Assembly: GCF_006345805.1 (NCBI RefSeq)
Contig: NC_042997.1
Location: 39,060,001 to 39,124,000 of the forward strand
Length of the DNA stretch: 64,000 nt
Direction of reading: 5' to 3'
Origin: Octopus sinensis
Lineage: Eukaryota
Shown here: in pieces, positions 13,993 to 27,589 of the stretch
Layout: each line of letters begins with the position of its first letter
How positions within the stretch are numbered: the stretch's first letter is position 1
Made by a program: the position numbers and the translations under genes
Notes under the pieces: model-generated
Told to the model about the DNA's origin: nothing
The model's database searches: none
What the model saw: the letters and a program-made list of their open reading frames with translations, nothing else

Positions 13993-14666
13993 TACATGTG
14001 TACAAGAAAACAACTTCGACTAAAACAAAGACTAATAACATAAATGTAATTGTCCAGGGATTTTACCAATAATACCATGGTTGTATTTTCGTTGGCAATC
14101 GCTTTCCCCTTTTCCTTGATCTCCTTCATTTCTTCCGCAGTTTTTCTTTTGCTTCTTAACCTTTTAAATGTCATATATATTCTCTCTTTCTTCTTTTAAC
14201 ATTTCTTTTCTTCCATTCTCCTCTTCTTTTTCCTTATTTCTCACTTTCCCTTGAATCTATTTCTTCTGCTTCCACACAGGTTTAAACTACTTTGTTTATG
14301 AGACAGTAAGACTAGAAAAATAATTATACATCTATCAGTAAATCATTAATAAACAAATATATCTAACTCAACTATATCCAATAAATGGACAGAAGCAACA
14401 TGTAAGTTCATGTAGAAAAGCAAATCTTCCCACGCAATGTACCATGTTGACACTAGCACTGACACTAATTTAAATGTCTTCCATTACTGGTTTCTTCGAT
14501 GTCACGCTTAGGTATCACATTTTGGGGTCAGTTCAATCATGTTTGTTAAACATTCTAGGGCAAATAGTAATTCTTGAGCTAGCTTTCTTCATCTGAAGTG
14601 ATTTGTAAATATACAATTGTATTGTACAATGCATAGGATGTATACTAGTTCAAACATATAAAATTA

Positions 14667-15057
14667 TAGGAGTGGCTGTGTGGTAAGTAGCTTGCTTACC
14701 AACCACATGGTTCCGGGTTCAGTCCCACTGCGTGGCACCTTGGGCAAGTGTCTTTTACTATAGCCTCGGGCCAACCAAAGCCTTGTGAGCGGATTTGGTA
14801 GACGGATACTGAAAGAAGCCCATCGTATATATGTATATATATATATATGTGTTTGTGTATCTGTGTTTTCCCCCCCACCATCGCTTGACAACCGATGCTG
14901 GTGTGTTTACGTCCCCGTAATTTAGCGGTTCGGCGAAAGGGACCGATAGAATAAGTACTAGGCTTACAAATAATAAGTCCTGGGGTCGATTTGCTCGACT
15001 AAAAGGCGGTGCTCCAGCATGGCCACAGTCAACTGACTGAAACAATTAAAAGAGTAT
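14667..15057 (+). mobile_element. SINE family B
   Basis: Consensus match. Confidence 0.88.
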
Positions 15058-15923
15058 ACCTAAAATTATTACATGATGAAGACTGCGAAACGGCCGTAGT
15101 CCGAAGAATAAGAAATGATTAAATTAATATATTCAATTCTCGTACCTCCTGACTTTTATGATTTATATACTCCTCATAAAATTTCATCGATTGGATCTCA
15201 TGGATTTCAGCTGCATAGAACTCTGTATTAATCTGTATTGGATTATTATGTAGTCTGCTAGTCGAGTCCACTAGAGGAGCTTTCCGTGATAGCCATATGA
15301 TTCTATGAATGTTTATATTGCATTACATTTGTATGTATGTATGTATGTATGTATGTATGTATGTATGTATGTATGTATGTATTAGTTGCCAATTTTGTAC
15401 AAGACATTGTAGATCTTTAGCTGGGCTAAAAAGTCGCATTCGATCACAGCATCAGTAACAGTTAAGCTTCGTGCAATGGCCATACTCGATAACGAGGGGG
15501 CAGCCATAAAAAAAATGTATGTATGTATGCATGTATATATATGTGTGTGTGTTGTGTGTGTGTGTGTGTGTATTATGCACATGTATCTATCTTTTAAATT
15601 ATTTGAATTCTTCCTCTGAGAAAGGAGTTAGTTTCTAACAAAGATACAAAGTTCCATCATTGGAACGTAGACAACAGAAATGAAGTCACATTTAAACTTG
15701 AGAAAAGTATTACGTATTTTTACTGTTCCACTTACAGATTGTATTTTTAATGTCCGAGTTAGTTGGTTATGAACATACATGGGTCTAAAAAAAAAGCTCT
15801 CCGCTAATGACAAAATACAACAGTAATTAAAATAGTCACATTCGGATCTACGAGAACCTATGAAGGATAAATATCTAAGTCATCGTTCTGATTCTCAATG
15901 TTCATTGCGCATATAAAAATATA

Positions 15924-15964
<41 letters not shown>

Positions 15965-15968
<4 letters not shown>

Positions 15969-16268
15969 AGGCGCAATGGCCCAGTAGTTAGGGCAGCGGA
16001 CTCGCGGTTGTAGGATCGTGGTTTCGATTCCCAGACCGAGCGTTGTGAGTGTTTATTGAGCGAAAACACTTAAAGTTCCACGAGGCCTTGGCAGGGGGTG
16101 GTGGCGATCCCTGCTGTACTCTTTCGCCACAACTTTTTCTCCCTCTTTCTTCTGTTGGCCTGCTCGCTTAGCCAGCGGGGTGGCATCATTTGAAGGCTAA
16201 AATAATGCGAAGCGCAATGTGATCAGCGATGTATAGCAACATCTGATAGCCTGGTCAGTCGCGGTGAT
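15965..16268 (+). mobile_element. SINE with family A head/body and an alternative 3' tail
   Basis: Matches family A to about 16145, then continues GGCCTGCTCGCTTAGCCAGCGGGGTGG...CAACATCTGATAGCCTGGTC. Confidence 0.85.
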
Positions 16269-16980
16269 GTGTGTGTGTGTGTGTACATAATTAATAATTG
16301 AAATGACATGTTTGCATGAGTTTGCTATACATATTTTATCGAACATTGAGAAATTAAATGTAAAGTTAGCAATAGCTGGGTTTGAACTGGAAATGGAAAA
16401 GGACGCAATTTAACTTATGCAAAATACAATATTTTTACTCCTTCATTCTCCCAACCCTGCCTTATTCTAATAATTCTTACTGACACATCCATTGTAGATA
16501 ATTCCCTTTTCAGAAATGTAGTTCAATCTTAGCAAATAATCACATTCCTCAAGACTATTGAAAAGGTTGCAAGACGCAACGAAAATTTTAGGAAAATAAA
16601 AATAAGAAAAAAGTAGAAATTTTACCGGTGAGTGTGTTACATTATAAGGCACAAAAAGAAAATTACTCTCCCCAGACACAACAGCACATTCCTTAAACTA
16701 TGAAATAATGAAGTTATTTCAATTGTCACTACAAAAGCTAAAGTGTAGCTGACTGTTTAGTTCTGTTCTTCAACTTTCAGAGTTCAATTTTTTTTACCGA
16801 AGTCAATTTCACCTTTCAGTTTTCTGTGAGAGGATAAAATGTCATTCAGTACTGATGTTGACTCAATCGACAAAATATTTTCTTACAAATTGTTGGTTAT
16901 GTATCGAAGTAAAAAAAATATAATTTACATGGTTTGGTTGCAGCTGTTTAATTTCGTTTACACTGAAAATACAATAAAAT

Positions 16981-17099
16981 TATATAAGAGTCACTTGATT
17001 ATATAAGAGTCACTTGATTATATAAGAGTCACTTGATTATATAAGAGTCACTTGATTATATAAGAGTCACTTGATTATATAAGAGTCACTTGATTATAT
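16981..17099. repeat. 19-bp minisatellite, 6 perfect copies (TATATAAGAGTCACTTGAT)
   Basis: Counted directly. Confidence 0.97.
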
Positions 17100-17554
17100 T
17101 TATTTTCATTCACTTCTTCTGCTTTCTGATCCATAAATGTCAAACCTTGTATATTATTTAAAATTTTCGTTCTCGTTTTTTTTTCAGACAGAAATATTCA
17201 CATTATTATATCGAGTAATTCTCATTCTGTTTAATACTAACAGATCATTTACATAGATATTATTTACTTGAAGGGAAAGTTCTTCGAGCTTTATACTTTT
17301 GAAATGTTTCTATTGTGATGTAATAATTTTTTTTAAATCTTAACGAAAACTCGACTTCATTAACGTTTTTTTCATTTCATGTCTGTAATGGATAAGCAGA
17401 CACGAACAGTAGGATTTTAAGATTATATCTTATCTATTAAATCCCAAACAACATTGAGTTTTTCTCCAACCAGTATGGCAGGCAAACGACGAAGTTAGGC
17501 TACAGTTCTCACGCACGCTTCTGTTATACAGTCACGAATTACATCGCAATCTTT

Positions 17555-17938
17555 GTGGAGGCGCAATGGCCCAGTGGTTAGGGCAGCGGACTCGCGGTCA
17601 TAAGATCGCGGTTTCGATTCCCAGACTGGGCGTTGTGAGTGTTTATTGAGCGAAAACACCTAAAGCTCCACGAGGTTCCGGCAGGGGATGGTGGTGATCC
17701 CTGCTGTACTCTTTCACCACAACTTTCTCTCACTCTTACTTCCTGTTTCTGTTGTACCTGTATTTCAAGGGGCCGGCCTTGTCAATCTCTGTATCATGCT
17801 GAATATCCCCGAGAACTACGGTAAGGGTACACGTGTCTGTGGAGTGCTCAGCCACTTACACGTTAATTTCACGAGCAGGCTGTTCCGTTGATTCGGATCA
17901 ACCGGAACCCTCGTCGTCGTAACCGACGGAGTGCTCCA
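17555..17938 (+). mobile_element. SINE family A with 13-bp TSD
   Basis: Consensus match; flanked by ACATCG(C/A)AATCTT. Confidence 0.92.
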
Positions 17939-18124
17939 CATCGAAATCTTGCAATTAAATTGCGTGATATCGGTATAAGGTTTTGTCTTAGCATATAAAT
18001 ACTTAAGCACATAAGACCAAATACAAACATATATTTGTATAAAAAAGTAAACTGCAGGGACCAAGAGAACTCGTGATGTCCCAATTCAACAATTAGTGAG
18101 TGTAAACAGTTCGAAAGTGTAATA

Positions 18125-18251
18125 CAGTAATCCCTCGCCATATCGCGGTTCACCTATAGCGGTTTATTATTATACTGTTTCTACTTCGCGGATTTTCACC
18201 TATCACAGTGGGGTTTGAAACGTAACACCCGCGATAGTCGAGGGATTACTA
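18125..18251. mobile_element. pogo/Tigger-like MITE
   Basis: Imperfect TIR CAGTAATCCCTCG...ATCGCG, TA on both sides. Confidence 0.7.
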
Positions 18252-18262
18252 TAAACTAATTT

Positions 18263-18410
18263 GCTGTAGACGTGGTTGTATGGTAAAGAAGGTAGCTTCC
18301 CAACCACATGGTTCCAAGTTCAGTCCTACTGCGCAACATCTTGGGCAAGTATCTTCTACAATAGCCTCTGAGTATATTTGGTAGACGGAAACTGAAACAA
18401 GCCCGCCGGA
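18263..18410 (+). mobile_element. SINE family B, diverged 5' fragment
   Basis: Recognisable CTTGGGCAAGT and GGTAGACGGAAACTGAAA boxes. Confidence 0.75.
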
Positions 18411-18429
18411 TATAAATAAAATAAATAAA

Positions 18430-19187
18430 ATGGGATATAAATAAAATACTCACGTATGATCATGGAAAAAGCACAAGCTAAAAACATAACTACACTTGAG
18501 TACATCACTTATATCTAAACATAAAAATTCTTTGGTCAGCCTCAGAAACAACGTCTTGACCTTTCGCCGCTACAAATTGTAATGGTTACCGGTCCCCCCG
18601 TAGCAAGCAGCGAGTTTACTACTAAGCAATATAGGATGAAGTCCCTCTCTCTACAGAAAAGGAATCCATCAGGAAGCGTGGGCAGTATATTTAAAAAAAC
18701 CGTTACGGTTGAAGTATAAACATCATATAATTAAGGGCGAAAGAGGGTTATTCTAAAGCCAATACACTGATTTATCCACTTATAATCCGCTTGCTACAGG
18801 AGAATTGAAACTGAAAACGGGCAAGGACCGGTAACCATTACAATTTGTAGCGGCGAAAGGTCAAGACGTTGTTTCTGAGGCTGACCAAAGAATTTTTATG
18901 TTTAGATATAAGTGATGTACTCAAGTGTAGTTATGTTTTTAGCTTGTGCTTTTCCATGATCATACGTGAGTATTTTATTTATATCCCATCGAAAGCTCTA
19001 CTGAAAAAGAATATATCTTTTATAAGATTAATTCCGAAATTGATTCAATATAGAGATAACGAAATTTAAATTTTCTAAAGGTTAGTTGCCCGTTTTCAGT
19101 TTCAATTCTCCTGTAGCAAGCGGATTATAAGTGGATAAATCAGTGTATTGGCTTTAGAATAACCTCTTTAGCCCTTAATTATATGAT

Positions 19188-19194
<7 letters not shown>
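18430..19194. repeat. Interleaved double inverted duplication (A-B-C-A'-D-C')
   Basis: 18430-18595 is the reverse complement of 18825-18989; 18715-18824 is the reverse complement of 19086-19194. Confidence 0.92.
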
Positions 19195-19231
<37 letters not shown>

Positions 19232-19235
<4 letters not shown>

Positions 19236-19585
19236 ATCACGTGACCGACCAGACCATCAGATGTTGCTACACATCGCTGGTCACAATGCGTTCGCATTGT
19301 TTTAGCCTTCGAATGACCCCACCCCGCTGGCTAAGCGAGCAGGCCAGTATATATATGTACGTATGTTTATGTGTGTGTGTGTTTGTCTTTGTCTCTGTGT
19401 TTGTCTCCCCATATTTATGTGTGCGTGTGTCAGTGTTGACGTCCCTATAACTTAGCGGTTCAGCAAAAAGAGACCGATAGAATAAGTGCTTGGTTTAACA
19501 AATAAGATTTGTTCGACTACAAACCCGTCAAGGCGGTGCTCCAGCATATCCGCAGTCAAATGACTGAAACAGATAAAAGAATAAA
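19232..19585. mobile_element. Composite: minus-strand alternative SINE tail (19232-19345) joined to a plus-strand family B 3' half
   Basis: The tail matches the reverse complement of 16150-16268; the rest matches family B. Confidence 0.75.
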
Positions 19586-20066
19586 CTTCGAAGTCAGAGT
19601 CATTTATTTAATCGAAATTCGTTTTTTTTTTATGTATATATTTAAATAAACAGCTTTTTTACATATATAATGACAGTATATGTAAACAGGGTAAACTTAC
19701 GAATGAGTGTTTTTGGTAAATACTCATATTTTATTTCGTAATGGAACTTATAGACAATGAAGACCTTTGGGTGTTTTCTGTGCCAATAAAGAATTATTGT
19801 GTTTTTGCCAAATACTTTAAAATCTAAGATTGTGGATCATTTCCAAAGTCCTTAATTTATCAGTGTTGCCAGAAAATATTCTGGTAGATTATGAACGACA
19901 CAGATAGAGAAAGTATTAAATTGGAATTGTTTGAAACGCTAGGTGAATGACTTTCTTCCACGCATTCACGTGACACAGCGGTTAATCTACTTAGGAATAT
20001 TAGTTGAAATATAGATTGCTGTCACGTGCAAGGGTGGTGTAGGTCATTGTTTTATTTTATGATATA

Positions 20067-20467
20067 CTAGCAGTATCGCCCGGCGTTGCTCGAGTTTGTA
20101 AGGGAAATAACTAGATAAGCATTTTTAGAGAGTTATAGCCAAAAAATAGCAAAAACATGCATTAAAAATGGGAAAAATATGATGGTAAATTTTTTTTAAA
20201 TCGTAGACTCATCGTAGACATTTTTAGAGAGTCACTTCCCTTATATAATAGCAAAAAAAATGCGTTAAAAATGGAAAAAAATTATGGTAAATTTTTTTTA
20301 AATCGTAGACTCATCGTAGACGCGTGCTAATACCCAGAAGGGCTCGATATGAATCACGACTATAAGACACCCGCTTTTGGTTAAACTGCACCGCAAAATG
20401 TAGGAGTAGTTAGGAATCTAAATCGTAGGAGACAGACAGCACACAACTTCAGTTTTATATATAGAGA
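20067..20467 (-). mobile_element. Non-autonomous Helitron (family D)
   Basis: TC...CTAG termini and 3' hairpin on the minus strand. Confidence 0.88.
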
Positions 20468-20531
20468 TTATCGCCACTTTTGTTCGTGTTGTATTTTCAA
20501 TGTGCGGATTGAACGCACTCTGTTGCTTCAG

Positions 20532-22042
<1,511 letters not shown>

Positions 22043-22943
22043 GATAATGATTTTATTTTTGTATGTTAGTTAGAATCTCCCCTTTGTTGACTTTGTCTCT
22101 CATTCCGCCTTTAATAATGTTTGACTGGTAGTTTACCAGTTAAATGCATTGATTGATTCAGTTGACCTTTATGGTTTGAGAGACAGCGTTGACCTCGTTG
22201 GTATTTGAATGTAAAATACCAGGGTACATAGATAAATATTTTAGCAACAAGATGTTTCATGTTCGCAAGAGAGATAACTGTTTACAGTATGGTCAGGAAA
22301 TATGAATTGAAGATAAATGCTGGTGAGAAAACAGATGATAAAGAAACTGCCGAGGGAATCAATGAAGTGTTGAAAGATGATTTCATGAGGTAAGATCTGA
22401 GAACACTGGGTGTTTACAGATGACGTAATAGAATATGAAGATGACTGGATACACGCATTGCGAACCAACTATAATCTATGTTGGCAGGGGTAAAACGGAC
22501 ATTAAAGCAATAAAACAAAGAACTAACAACCAAAATGATGACGGTGGCACTGATTAAAAATTGATCGTCGGTGATGGTTGCGTTTACGATAATAATAATA
22601 ATGGTAATAATAATCATAACGTAATTTTAATGAAAGGAGAGAAAAAATCGATAATATATTTTGCGGTATTTTATCTCTTTACATTCTGAGTTCAAATCCC
22701 ACAGAGGTCAGCATAGCTTTTCATCTCTCTGGGCGGATTAAATAAAGTACTAGTCAAGTACTAGGGTCGATATAATCGACTGTATTCCTCTCCTAGATGT
22801 GAAGCACCATCCCTATCTCCGAAGCACAAAAATTAAAAAATATTGCATCTAAAACATAGAAATGTCTTCGAAATGGTCATTGATACCTCAGCAATTATAG
22901 AGCTTATAACGTAACAGCGAACTAAACGAACTGAACAAACATT

Positions 22944-23135
22944 ATTGAAGCTAGTCGAAAACACACGTTACCTCTCGCAATGCCAGAGGGCGCACACTCT
23001 CCTACCAAGATGTAATCTCCAGGGATACAGGCATCCAGCAACAGGACCTCCGTAATGCCATGATGGACCGTAAAGTCTGGCGTAGCATGGTAAATTCCAT
23101 TGTCTCGACCACGGTCGAACAATGATGATGATGAG
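22944..23135 (+). mobile_element. RTE-clade LINE 3' fragment
   Basis: Translates as ...VISRDTGIQQQDLRNAMMDRKVWRSMVNSIVSTTVEQ*, followed by a (TGA)n tail. Confidence 0.65.
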
Positions 23136-23610
23136 TATATAAAACGGGAAAACAATAACCTAAGGAAGAATCAAGATAAAATTTCAAACAAATAGGTTAA
23201 TTAAAGAATATAGACCTATAGACATTGCTACTCCAAAGTCTAAGGCATAAACTTCAAATACAAAAACTTAATTATAGCAAATCGAACGTAAACTAACGGA
23301 ATAATAGAGGACTTCTACCTAGGGCCTAGGGTCGAGAATGCAATACGAAAATTAAAATTATCAGTTTTATTATAAATACTCCCCAAAATACCTTTAACAT
23401 CTAAACAGTTAACCTCATTTATCGGGTCACTATTTTTATATTGCATCGAGATCTTCTGGGTATATTTTTCCGAGGCAAGTATTCAAAACAATTGTTGTTG
23501 GGAATAAAAGAAAAGCACCGATTTATCTGCAGCGACCATCAAGTTGTTTGCCTAAACCTATCTTTTTCCTGTGTGCAGTTTCTTCTATTTTGAATTTTTT
23601 TTAAGTCTTC

Positions 23611-23940
23611 CTCATGGTTCAGGGGTTAGATCGTCGGGTTCACAATCATGATGTAGTGAATGCGATTCCCGGACTGGGCTGTGCGTTGTGTTCTTGAGTT
23701 AGACACTTCCCGTTGCATTTGTTCACTCAGCTGTGGAAATGAGTTCCGACGTCACTGATGCCAAACTGATATAGCCTTTGTCTTTCCCTTGGATAACATC
23801 GGTGGCGTGGAGAGGAGATGCGGGTATGCATGGGTGACTGCTGGTCTTACATAAACAATCTTGCTCGGACTTGTGCCTTGGAGGATAATTTTCTAGGTGC
23901 AATCCCATGGTCATCCATGAACGAAGAGGATTTCTCACAA
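23611..23940 (+). mobile_element. SINE family E, longer diverged copy with CORE-like box
   Basis: tRNA-like head plus TGTGTTCTTGAGTTAGACACTT; body shared with 4575-4815. Confidence 0.72.
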
Positions 23941-24049
23941 ACATACAAAGCACCATCGTTTGAATATTGCTAATTAAATTCACATTTTCAATTTGCATGT
24001 ATTTATATGCATGTATCTATACGCGCGTGCACGTGCGTATGTATTCGCT

Positions 24050-24459
24050 CTTTTGCTCTTTTGCCTGTTTCAGTCATTTGACTGCGGCCATGCTGGAGCA
24101 CCGCCTTTAGTCGAGCAAATCGACCCCGGGACTTATTCTTTGGAAGCCTAGTACTTATTCTATCGGTCTCTTTTGCCGAACCGCTAAGTTACGGGGACGT
24201 AAACACACCAGCATCGGTTGTCAAGCGATGTTGGGGGGGACAAACACAAACACACAAACACACAAACACATACACACACACATATATATATACATATATA
24301 CGACAGGCTTCTTTCAGTTTCCGCCTACCAAATTCACTGACAAGGCTTTGGTCGGCCCGAGGCTATAGTAGAAGACACTTGCCCAAAGTGCCATGCAGTG
24401 GGACTGAACCCGGAACCATGTGGTTGGTAAGCAAGCTACTTACCACACAGCCACTCCTG
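24050..24459 (-). mobile_element. SINE family B
   Basis: Consensus match. Confidence 0.9.
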
Positions 24460-24898
24460 CTCCTGTGATCACATATAATAAATATATGAATAACGATTCC
24501 TTTTCAATTTCCAACCAGAAGCAATCCAGAGACTGAAGCCGATTACAAGTCACTGATTTTAAATCGATGAAATTCCATGCTATGGTTTACTCTGAAAACA
24601 CACTTCCATACATATATGCACTGCTACTTAACAAAGTCATAGTATATAGATTTACGCTTACCTACTTCAGATACAAAGTTTAGATTATACACTATAAGGA
24701 AGCAAGAACGGGAGCTTCAAAATCTTATAACGAAATAAACAGATGCAGTTGTTGTTATTATTATTATAATTGTTTTGTTTCATGTCAGAGCAGATCGAAA
24801 GATGCAACACACAAGAAACAAATGTTGAACTTTTTCTCTATAACTTTATTATTATTATTATTATTATATTATTATTTATTATTATTATTATCATTATT

Positions 24899-24973
<75 letters not shown>

Positions 24974-25011
24974 TATCATCATTATTATTATTATTATCAT
25001 TATTATTATTA

Positions 25012-25077
<66 letters not shown>

Positions 25078-25078
<1 letters not shown>

Positions 25079-25452
25079 TAGTTTTATTTTTTATAGCGTG
25101 CTTTCACTTCACTACCGAGCGCAGCTCTGTGTGCCTTGGGTACGTGCTGTGATTTGTTGTGATGCTCTGATGGTTATTGTATGGAAAGTGTTCTGCGTAG
25201 GATGTGTGCAGTGCCTAGTAGTGCAATTTTCTGTATGTTATATGTGTTTGTAAGTCCTAGTGTTTTTGTTATGTATTTGTCTGAATATTTTTTTATCATG
25301 CCTAATGCACCTACTATGATAGGAATTGTTTCTGTTTTTAGATTCCACATTCTAGTTACCTCTATTTCCAGGTCTTTGTATTTTGAGAGTTTCTCCATTT
25401 CTTTTAGAGACACGTTGTCATCTGCCGGTATTGATACATCAATTAGAAAGCA

Positions 25453-25460
<8 letters not shown>
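25078..25460 (-). mobile_element. 5'-truncated R4/Dong-like non-LTR retrotransposon (REL endonuclease C-terminus plus 3' UTR) in a (TAA)n array
   Basis: Open frame KKCFLIDVSIPADDNVSLKEMEKLSKYKDLEIEVTRMW...IPIIVGALG...IQKIALLGTAHILRR. Both flanks are (ATT)n (about 24846-25077 and 25462-25558). Confidence 0.85.
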
Positions 25461-25484
<24 letters not shown>

Positions 25485-25485
25485 A

Positions 25486-25559
<74 letters not shown>

Positions 25560-25560
<1 letters not shown>

Positions 25561-25690
25561 ATGCGGCGAGCTGACAGAATTGCTTAGAGGTATTTTGCTC
25601 GTCACTACGTTCTGAGTTCTAACTCCGCCGAGGTCAACTTTGCTTTTCATCCTTTCGGGGTCGAGGTAATCGACTTATCCTATCCCTTAA
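25560..25690 (+). mobile_element. SINE family C, diverged 5' part
   Basis: GCGGCGAGCTG...CCGCCGAGGTCAACTTTGC...CATCCTTTCGGGGTCGA. Confidence 0.75.
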
Positions 25691-25914
25691 CATTTTTGCC
25701 TATAGTAGAAAGTGTTGTTGTTGTTGTTTTACTTCTCAGCGTGTTCGGTCTTGTTTATTCTGTTTGATTCTGTGAGAGCGGACTGCAGCCTGTTGTGAAA
25801 GGTCTCACAGGGTCTCTTTCAGCACATTATAAGCTTTGATACTTGGTTGTTGATTATCGTGGAAGGCATTCAACATCCAAGTACCAATCTTAAAATCCTA
25901 CCTGTCCCCAGCAG

Positions 25915-26190
25915 AGTGTGTGTGTGTGTGTGTGTGTGAGTGTGTGTGTGTGTATGTGTGTGTGTGTGTGTGTGTGTGAGTGCGTCTGTTTGTGTCTGTG
26001 TTTGTCCCCCTGTCCCACCACTTGACAATCGGTGTTCGTAACTTTACGGTTTGGTAAAAGAGAGTGATAGAATAAGCACCAGGCTTTTAAAAAAGCATTG
26101 TGGTCGATTCATTCGACTAAACATTCCTCGAAGAGATGCCCCAGCATGGCCGTAGTCTAATGACTGAAACTGAAACAAGTAAAAGATAAG
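25915..26190 (+). mobile_element. SINE family B, diverged 3' half
   Basis: GATAGAATAAGCACC and CCAGCATGGCCG...TGACTGAAAC boxes. Confidence 0.75.
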
Positions 26191-27086
26191 CGAGGATTTC
26201 TTCTTTACTAAAACTGCATTGGATTTGCTTTTAGAAGTTTAAATATGTCACAAACATATTCTAACAGAAAGTTTGTTTGTTCTTCATCATTGCTTAGCGC
26301 TGTTCACTACTTTACAAAATCTATATCAGCTAAGCAAATGATTTTCTATAAATGCTTCAAAAACACTTTAGCATATTCAGAACTCTATTCCTGAAAATTA
26401 TATCCGTTCTCTTTGAGCATACAAAAGAAAAATTTAGGTGGGATAAAATAAGTAAGACAAAATAGAGTAAATTTGCTTCTTCAATTTTCCAGAATTACAT
26501 TTGAAAAGACACTCGTACGCATCAATATTTGTCCTTAGACATCAGAAAGATCAGAAATGCAACAAAAATATAAAATATTTAGCTTAAATGAAAGAAGATC
26601 GTGGGAAAATGGCACATGATATGAGACTAACGAAACTCGATGACATCTGGAAACTCAACATAGAATATACTCTGTAGCTTATTCACGATCTGCTGGGGTG
26701 GCTCCCTTCCTGATATATTCACGTATTGTACAATTAAAAAGAAGAAATTAGTGAAATTAGTCATTACTCATTTTGCCCCACTTTAAACTTTTTTTTTTCT
26801 ATCAAGTAGTCATTTGTGTGAGAAAAAATTGACTTGGTATCCAACATAGAAAGGAAGAGAACTGCAAAAAAAAAACGATATTCTAATGCACAATGACCAC
26901 TTGAAAAAATTGCAGAGTTATATGGAAATTAGGTTCGAAAACTTCCTGGAAATGAACATTCCAAGTTAGGTGGTCGACTCATTTGTGACAAATACAATTG
27001 ACGGTTACTACAAGGAACTACATGAAAGCCTTTTAGTTGCAGAATAATCAAACTGCTCCAGCTACATGGACCCAGTCTCTCTCTTT

Positions 27087-27466
27087 GCACTCCGTCGGTT
27101 ACGACGATGAGGGTTCCGGTTGATCCGAATCAACGGAACAGCCTGCTCGTGAAATTAACGTGTAAGTGGCTGAGCACTCCACATACACGTGTACCCTTAA
27201 CGTAGTTCTCGGGGATATTCAGCGTGACACAGAGAGTGACAAGGCCGGCCCTTTGAAATACAGGTACAACAGAAACAGGAAGTAAGAGTGAGAGAAAGTT
27301 GTGGTGAAAGAGTACAGCAGGGATCACCACCATCCCCTGCCGGAGCCTCGTAGAGCTTTAGGTGTTTTCGCTCAATAAACACTCACAACGCCCGGTCTGG
27401 GAATCGAAACCGCGATCCTACGGCCGCGAGTCCGCTGCCCTAACCACTGGGCCATTGCGCCTCCAC
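27087..27466 (-). mobile_element. SINE family A with 11-bp TSD (ATGGACCCAGT)
   Basis: Consensus match and TSD. Confidence 0.92.
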
Positions 27467-27589
27467 TATGGACCCAGTAACTTAAGGACAAGTAGTGAAA
27501 TTGTTATGCAATTTCTATCGCTTTGGTAGATTGGCTTGACTAGCAGATTACAAAGCCACGATTCGGCTTCTGGCGGATCATTATGGGCG

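Noticed and set aside
16981-17099. CRISPR array
   Set aside because: No spacers, eukaryotic context, no cas genes.
24770-25253. Poly-I/H/L/S ORFs
   Set aside because: Trinucleotide (ATT/ATC) repeats.
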